Below are positions 26,806-32,000 of a stretch of 32,000 nt of DNA, in pieces. Each line of letters opens with the position of its first letter. The stretch's first letter is position 1. The DNA is from Mycolicibacterium smegmatis (GTDB taxonomy: Bacteria; Actinomycetota; Actinomycetes; Mycobacteriales; Mycobacteriaceae): contig NZ_LN831039.1 in the NCBI RefSeq assembly GCF_001457595.1, positions 210,001-242,000 on the forward strand, read 5' to 3'. Both the position numbers and the translations under genes were made by a program. Below the pieces are notes generated by a model. That model made no database searches and had not been told where the DNA came from. It saw only the letters and a program-made list of their open reading frames with translations.

Positions 26806-27450
26806 TCAGTCGAAGACCGTCGGCAGCTCCGGGTGCCGCCAGTGGGTGTGCATCATGCGCAGCTGGGCCTCGTCGACCGACGGCGCCAACGGAGGTAACC
26901 GGTCCAGGGCGAACCAGTCGATCGCGCTGGTCCCGGTGAGATCCGCTGGTACCCGGCCCCGTTCGTGGCACAAGAAGAACAGTTTGTGGACATGGAACAG
27001 CGGCGCCGGCTGCCGCGACGGACGGTGCCTGTCGTGGTAGAGCACGGCAACCAGCTTGTCGACATCGACGATGAGGCCGGCCTCCTCACGGACCTCCTTC
27101 GCGACAGCCTGCGCCGGGGTTTCCAAGACGTCACACCACCCGCCGGGAAGCGTCCACAGCCGGTCGGCGCGCTCCTGGACCAGGAGAAGCTCTTCTTCGG
27201 AGTTGAAGATCGCGCCGCGCACCGACACCTTGGGTGTCATGTACCCGGTGTCGACGCTGAAGGCTGCGCGCAACTGCTCGATATCACCGTCGGCGATCAG
27301 GGTCATCAACTCTTCGGCAGCCCGACGAACCTGGGTGTAACGCTGACGGTCGAATGGGTCGTGGGCGAACGTCAGCCCGTTCTGGGCGACGGCAAGCAGG
27401 GTGAGTGCCTGCCGTCGGATCAGGTCAGAGGCGTCGTGGTCGGAAGGCAC
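26806..27450 (-). CDS. NUDIX hydrolase with N-terminal extension domain
   Basis: GGWCDVLETPAQAVAKEVREEAGLIVDVDKLVAV matches the Nudix box (GX5EX7REUXEEXGU). Confidence 0.92.
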   Translation of the reverse strand: MPSDHDASDLIRRQALTLLAVAQNGLTFAHDPFDRQRYTQVRRAAEELMTLIADGDIEQLRAAFSVDTGYMTPKVSVRGAIFNSEEELLLVQERADRLWTLPGGWCDVLETPAQAVAKEVREEAGLIVDVDKLVAVLYHDRHRPSRQPAPLFHVHKLFFLCHERGRVPADLTGTSAIDWFALDRLPPLAPSVDEAQLRMMHTHWRHPELPTVFD

Positions 27451-27459
27451 AAAAGCCCC

Positions 27460-28593
27460 TCAGAACAACGGCAATCCATGATCCATGCCGAGCCGGACAC
27501 GGCCGGCGCCCTCCATGAACAACGCCGACTGGTTGGCGTGCTGTGTCGCCGCCATGCCGTCGCGGAAGATCCGCTCGATCGTGTTGGTGCGGTACAGCGC
27601 CGATGAGCCCGCGAGGTTGTACATATCCACCAGTGCAATGCGGCTCACCTCTGCGGCGTGCGTGATCGCGGCACGGTGGGCCGCGCGTTGGTCGAGCGTC
27701 AGCTGATCGCCGGCATCTGCCAGCTCCGAGGCCGTCGACAGGAGGAGCAGGCGCGCGGCGTCGACACTGGCCTGCGCCTTGGCGACCAGATACTGCGTCC
27801 GCGTGGCATCGGCGACCACGCCGCCCACCACCGACGCCTTCGATCGCACCAGGGTGACGGTCTCCTCGATCATGTGCGCGGCGATGCCGAGAGTGACTGC
27901 GGCACAGCCGCCGAACACCAGGTTGCCGATGAAGCCGCGGTAGACCGGGCTGTCGGTGTTGACCGGCGCATCGAGCCGGGTGGCGAGATCCTCGGGGACG
28001 AAGACGTCGTCGATCACCACATCCCGGCTCCCTGTCGCCCGCAGCCCGGTGACATTCCAGGTGTCTTGGATGTCGATCTGGTCGGTGGGGACGGCGAACA
28101 GACGCACATCCGGCGCCCCGTTGGTATCGCCCGTGACGATTCCCACGACCACGATCCAGGTCGCACTCCTGATCCCGGTGACGATCTTCCAATGGCCACT
28201 CAGCTGGAACCCACCGTTGGTCGGCGTGGCGGTGCCGGGCATCCCGGAGTTGGCGAACACCGGCTCGACGCCGGTGCCCCAGATGCGCTTGTTGCCCGTT
28301 TCGGGAAGCATGGCGCCGATGAACCCGAAGTTGGTGTTCCACACCAGCAATCCGACGGATCCGTCGATGCGGCCGAACTTTTCGTACACCGACAGCGCCG
28401 TCGGCAGTGGGGCCGCCCAGCCGCCGAGCTCGCGCGGGGTCAGCAGCCGGAACGCGCCTGCGTCGCGCAACTCGTCGTGCAACCTGCTGGGAATGTCGCC
28501 GAGACCATCGGCTTCTTCGACGCTCGCTTCGATCGAGGCACGCAAGGCGCCTGGGAGATCGAGAACATCATGCGTCTGAACCTGCGTTGTCAT
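27460..28593 (-). CDS. Acyl-CoA dehydrogenase-like flavoprotein (HsaA/DszC-like monooxygenase type)
   Basis: IPSRLHDELRDAGAFRLLTPRELGGWAAPLPTALSVYEKFGRIDGSVGLLVWNTNFGF; GLRATGSRDVVIDDVFVPED. Confidence 0.82.
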   Translation of the reverse strand: MTTQVQTHDVLDLPGALRASIEASVEEADGLGDIPSRLHDELRDAGAFRLLTPRELGGWAAPLPTALSVYEKFGRIDGSVGLLVWNTNFGFIGAMLPETGNKRIWGTGVEPVFANSGMPGTATPTNGGFQLSGHWKIVTGIRSATWIVVVGIVTGDTNGAPDVRLFAVPTDQIDIQDTWNVTGLRATGSRDVVIDDVFVPEDLATRLDAPVNTDSPVYRGFIGNLVFGGCAAVTLGIAAHMIEETVTLVRSKASVVGGVVADATRTQYLVAKAQASVDAARLLLLSTASELADAGDQLTLDQRAAHRAAITHAAEVSRIALVDMYNLAGSSALYRTNTIERIFRDGMAATQHANQSALFMEGAGRVRLGMDHGLPLF

Positions 28594-28653
28594 ACCGGTG
28601 GGAACGATGGGCGCGACAAAACGATTCGCAGCACCGGCAGTAGCCTCGGGGAC

Positions 28654-29433
28654 ATGTCGCAGGCCGACGAGTTCGTCAAGCGCAATCCCGCCGCCCCACG
28701 AGGGTTCTTCGCAGCAGAAGCCGCAGGGCTCACCTGGTTACGCGTGGACGGTGGCGTCGACTGCGTGCGTGTCCTGGATTGCGATGCAACGTCTTTGAGT
28801 CTGGAGCGCCTTGAATCCGCGCCACCGACGGCCGAGGCGGCCCGCGACTTCGGCAGGCGGCTCGCGGTCACCCACAATACGGGCGCCCGCGGTTTCGGTG
28901 CGGGTCCTGACGGCCACGACGGGCCCGGATTCTTTGGGCCGATGTCGGAGCCGTTGCCCATGTCGTTGAACCCGCACAACTCATGGGGCGAGTTCTACGC
29001 CGTCGAACGATTGCGTCCCATGGCCGAACTCGCCGCTCCGCGGTTGTCCTCGTCTGCCCGTGAAGCGATCGACCGCGTCATCGAGCTGTGCGCCGCAGGC
29101 ACTTTCGACGATGGCGACGTGCCGTGCCGGCTGCACGGGGATCTGTGGAGCGGCAACGTGATGTGGACCCCCGCCGGAGTGGTGCTGATCGACCCTGCCG
29201 CACACGGCGGGCACCGCGAGACGGATCTCGCGATGCTGGCGCTGTTCGGGTGTCCGTTCCTTGGCGAGGTACTCGAGGGTTATCGATCGGTGCAGCCATT
29301 GCGTCCCGGGTGGCAGGACCGCGTCGGCCTGCACCAGCTGTACCCGCTGCTGGCGCATGTGGTGCTCTTCGGGGGCGGGTACGCCACCCAGACACATCGC
29401 GCCGCCGCGAGCGTGCTGACGACCTACGGGTGA
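28654..29433 (+). CDS. Fructosamine kinase-family / phosphotransferase-like protein
   Basis: LTWLRVDGG..., FYAVERLRPM, catalytic-like LHGDLWSGNVMW, VLIDPAAHGGHRETDLAMLALFG. Confidence 0.88.
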   Translation: MSQADEFVKRNPAAPRGFFAAEAAGLTWLRVDGGVDCVRVLDCDATSLSLERLESAPPTAEAARDFGRRLAVTHNTGARGFGAGPDGHDGPGFFGPMSEPLPMSLNPHNSWGEFYAVERLRPMAELAAPRLSSSAREAIDRVIELCAAGTFDDGDVPCRLHGDLWSGNVMWTPAGVVLIDPAAHGGHRETDLAMLALFGCPFLGEVLEGYRSVQPLRPGWQDRVGLHQLYPLLAHVVLFGGGYATQTHRAAASVLTTYG

Positions 29434-29519
29434 CTGCGGATACCGCAGCTGTGTTGTGTGCGGCATCGATCCTCATGAATCACGCATATGTCGTATGTGC
29501 CGAAAAGCCAGGTCACAGC

Positions 29520-29535
29520 TAATTGAATTCAATTA
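29520..29535. promoter_or_regulatory. Perfect 16-bp palindrome
   Basis: TAATTGAATTCAATTA. Confidence 0.5.
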
Positions 29536-29636
29536 CGGATCTCGTCGCGTCGGTAGTGGACCTGATGCGCCGCTACCGGTGGTGATGCTTGCGGTGGGTA
29601 CGAATGTGCCTGCGTTTTGGCAACGATTGCCTGATT

Positions 29637-29659
29637 CGCTGTGCTATATGCGCACAGCG
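29637..29659. promoter_or_regulatory. Hairpin / inverted repeat in the leader region
   Basis: CGCTGTGC-TATATGC-GCACAGCG, 8-bp stem, 7-nt loop. Confidence 0.45.
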
Positions 29660-29711
29660 TAGTTCAACTTATGAGCGCTGGTAACGACGGTAATCGGTCT
29701 TTCGAAGGGAA

Positions 29712-29733
29712 ATTTTGAGGATTCGCTCAAAAT
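29712..29733. promoter_or_regulatory. Inverted repeat upstream of the surface-protein gene
   Basis: ATTTTGAG-GATTCG-CTCAAAAT, perfect 8-6-8. Confidence 0.5.
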
Positions 29734-29747
29734 GTTCGTAATCAACT

Positions 29748-29763
29748 AGTGATCCGAATCACA
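29748..29763. promoter_or_regulatory. CRP/GlxR-like site candidate
   Basis: AGTGATCCGAATCACA fits TGTGA-N6-TCACA at every specified position except the first. Confidence 0.5.
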
Positions 29764-29817
29764 GGGGTGCTAAGTTCCTGAGAACAACCTGAGACGGCTG
29801 ACTGAAAGGAACGCCCA

Positions 29818-32000
29818 GTGGCCGGAAAAAATCGTAAACGCGGGCAGCGCGCAAAGAAGATAGCGACGCTCAGCGCTGCTACCGTCACGGCCACGGCGTT
29901 GACCGCGGGCATCGCTCCCATCGGTGAGGCAAATGCCGCCGTCGTGGCCCGCGAAGCGGCGCTACAGGCAGATGTCCGGCCCTTCCCGCCACCAGATCAG
30001 ATCCCCGACATCACCGGTGGGTTGGGCGCCGCGGGATACGACCTGGCTCAGGCGATCGGTGCGCAGGTCATGACGTCGCTGATGGAGAGCATCAGCCTCG
30101 CAGCACTCGCCCAGGCGGCCGGCATCGATCCGCAGAGCATCGCCACCGGCCTGCTCAACGAAGCGATCGGCAGTGTGCTCGGCGGCACGCTCGATCAGCT
30201 TCCGATCGATCTCACGGGTGTGCTGCAGCCGCTGTTGGCGCAGGTGCTGACGCCGCTGGTGAGTGAAATTCTCGGTGAATTGCCGATCGGTGGTGCTCTC
30301 GGAGATGCACTGATCGGGGTCGTGGCCGGCCTCGTGGTGTCCACGTTGGCTTTGGAGCTCTCTGACCTCGGAGCGATCGACAACGTCGGTGCGCTGCTGG
30401 CGGCGCTCGGCCTCGATCTCTCCAATCCCCTCAACCTCTCCGGTGATCCGATCCCGGGCTTGAACCTCGTGACGACCGGATCACCCTTCACCTTCCTCAA
30501 GCTCTTCGGCGTAGACCTTGGATGGGTGCCGCCGTTCCCCAACCCCGTGGCCGAGGACATCAACAACACCGAGTACCTGAAGGTCGGGTTGGCGGGCCTG
30601 CTGGAGAACCTCGGGATCGAACTCGATCCGATCGACCTCGACATCCTCGATCTCAACCTGCTGGGTGTCGACCTCGGCGAGCTCGGAGATCTGCTCGGTA
30701 TCGACCTCGGCCCGGTTGGTGGTCTTCTCGGCGGTCTACTCGGCAGTGTCGGGGTCGACCTCGACGCACTCGGCCTGGGAACCCTGGACCCCAACGAGAT
30801 TCTCAACCTGCTGCCCGATGTGGTCGCGCTCCGGATTCCGATCGTCGTCGGATTCCAGCTGGGCGCGTTCGCGGCGGGCGCGGCGTACCAGCAGGTGGTC
30901 GATGACCTGCCGAACCAGCCCGGCGGCGCCAACTACCAGGGCACCAATCCGCTCCTCGGCAGCTTCACGATCCTGCCGATGGTGCTGATCGACAACCCCG
31001 GTCGTGCCAATGGCGGCTTGTTCGCACGCGCCTACCCGTTGTTCCGGCTCATGGGAATCGACACCGTCACGCCCGACACCCAGGTGCAGAGCAGCACAAG
31101 CGGAGATTCGCTCCTCAACAACATCCAGCTTCTGGGTCTGACCGTGGGCGGCGCGAACCTGATCCCCATCAAGGTCGACGCGACGGCCGAGTATCTGCCG
31201 CTGTCGGACTTCGCCGCGTGGCCCAACCCGTTCACGATGACGAACAACGTTGCCGCAGCGCTGTTCCCGACGTACATGCTGCGCAACCAGAGCATCCCGG
31301 GTGTCGTCACCGATCTGACCGGGAAGGTCGTCGGCCAGCTTCTCGGCGACCTCACCGATTACCTGGCCGATCCCGGTGACGACCCGACCAAGGGGCCCGA
31401 GCTCAACATCTACTACACCCTCGATGCCAAGAGCCTGCCGTTGCTTGAGCCGACGTACCTGGCCGTCGACGTGATCAATCTGTTCACCGGCTTGAACCTC
31501 AACAATCCGATCGGCACGGCCCTGTCGCCGGCGCTCACCACGCTGGTGAATCTCGGCTACACCGACGTCAGCCGGGACGAGACTGCCGCCGGTGTCGAAT
31601 ACGTCCGCGATTTCGATGATTCCGACATCCCGACCGCTTTCGGATCGTTCCCCGACGTCGAGTGGGCCAAGGTGCCCGGCGATGTGGTGACCCAGCTCGT
31701 GCGCGGTGTGCAGAAGGCGGTCGGCGACGGCCTGGTCAACCAGAGCCCGGTGCCCAGCCCCCTCACCACACTTCTCGGTCTGCTCGGACTGGGGAACGCG
31801 CTGCCGTCGGGCGGATCGGTGCTGAACCTGCCCGACCTCAACGGCCTGCTGCCGACTGCGGGCACCACCAATGCCGCTGCGCGACAATCGGAGCCGAACA
31901 CCAAGTTCGAACCGCAGGCCATCACCGAGACGAAGGCCACCGACCCGGATACCACGGTCCTGAATCTCCCGTCACCGCAAGAGAAGACGGCGGTACCCGA
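29818..32000 (+). CDS. Secreted/cell-surface PE-PPE-domain-like protein, Leu/Gly/Asp-rich, 3'-truncated by the window end (absent from the ORF track)
   Basis: GTG start preceded by GAAAGGAACG; signal peptide-like KKIATLSAATVTATALTAGIAPIGEANAA; GFQLGAFAAGAAYQQVVDDLPNQPGG...TILPMVLIDNPGRANGGLFARAYPLF; open frame to 32000. Confidence 0.8.
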   Translation, partial: MAGKNRKRGQRAKKIATLSAATVTATALTAGIAPIGEANAAVVAREAALQADVRPFPPPDQIPDITGGLGAAGYDLAQAIGAQVMTSLMESISLAALAQAAGIDPQSIATGLLNEAIGSVLGGTLDQLPIDLTGVLQPLLAQVLTPLVSEILGELPIGGALGDALIGVVAGLVVSTLALELSDLGAIDNVGALLAALGLDLSNPLNLSGDPIPGLNLVTTGSPFTFLKLFGVDLGWVPPFPNPVAEDINNTEYLKVGLAGLLENLGIELDPIDLDILDLNLLGVDLGELGDLLGIDLGPVGGLLGGLLGSVGVDLDALGLGTLDPNEILNLLPDVVALRIPIVVGFQLGAFAAGAAYQQVVDDLPNQPGGANYQGTNPLLGSFTILPMVLIDNPGRANGGLFARAYPLFRLMGIDTVTPDTQVQSSTSGDSLLNNIQLLGLTVGGANLIPIKVDATAEYLPLSDFAAWPNPFTMTNNVAAALFPTYMLRNQSIPGVVTDLTGKVVGQLLGDLTDYLADPGDDPTKGPELNIYYTLDAKSLPLLEPTYLAVDVINLFTGLNLNNPIGTALSPALTTLVNLGYTDVSRDETAAGVEYVRDFDDSDIPTAFGSFPDVEWAKVPGDVVTQLVRGVQKAVGDGLVNQSPVPSPLTTLLGLLGLGNALPSGGSVLNLPDLNGLLPTAGTTNAAARQSEPNTKFEPQAITETKATDPDTTVLNLPSPQEKTAVP

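Noticed and set aside
27425-28342. 305-aa minus-strand ORF inside the acyl-CoA-dehydrogenase-like gene
   Set aside because: Alternative frame of a well-supported gene, Arg/His-rich, no domain.
30736-31887. 383-aa minus-strand ORF opposite the surface protein gene
   Set aside because: The plus-strand frame from 29818 has a ribosome site, a signal peptide and continuous family-like features; the minus ORF is Arg/Gln/Glu-rich shadow sequence.
1-32000. CRISPR arrays, tRNA/rRNA genes, transposases, integrases, prophage or classical defence genes
   Set aside because: No regularly spaced repeats, tRNA-like cloverleaf ends, recombinase/transposase proteins or known defence domains were recognised; the window looks like core metabolic chromosome.
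29818-32000. Programmed frameshifting or inteins in the surface protein
   Set aside because: The frame is continuous from 29818 to the window end with no break; nothing suggests recoding.

Overview
Ordinary high-GC chromosomal DNA, most likely from a Mycobacterium/Mycolicibacterium-type actinobacterium (MmpS/MmpL, Rv1733c-like, cutinase, F420-type LLM oxidoreductase and PE-PPE-like surface protein families). It is not a phage, plasmid or defence island. Gene blocks, in order: 5'-truncated OFA/MFS transporter; histone-deacetylase-family amidohydrolase; Rv1733c-like membrane protein and two DUF202 proteins; FAD amino-acid oxidase plus polar amino-acid ABC transporter with a convergent GntR/FCD regulator; TetR divergent from a TauD-type dioxygenase, epoxide hydrolase and gamma-glutamyltransferase-like gene; MmpS-MmpL plus a small membrane protein divergent from a MarR regulator; an apparently complete PTS-independent MurNAc/anhydro-MurNAc salvage locus (BadF-type kinase, SSS symporter, AnmK, GNAT, RpiR/MurR regulator, MurQ); cutinase; Baeyer-Villiger-type FMO plus LLM oxidoreductase; NUDIX; acyl-CoA-dehydrogenase-like flavoprotein; fructosamine-kinase-like protein; and a large secreted Leu/Gly-rich protein running off the end. 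Most notable: (1) a shared composite inverted-repeat motif in front of the amino-acid operon and in front of the GntR gene; (2) two tandem 18-bp inverted repeats between and over the TetR start and the TauD operon; (3) two apparent one-base deletions in C runs that break two adjacent genes (tauD-like and epoxide hydrolase); (4) the MurNAc salvage locus; (5) four dyad elements upstream of the terminal surface-protein gene. No computation or database search was run; all family calls come from reading the translations.
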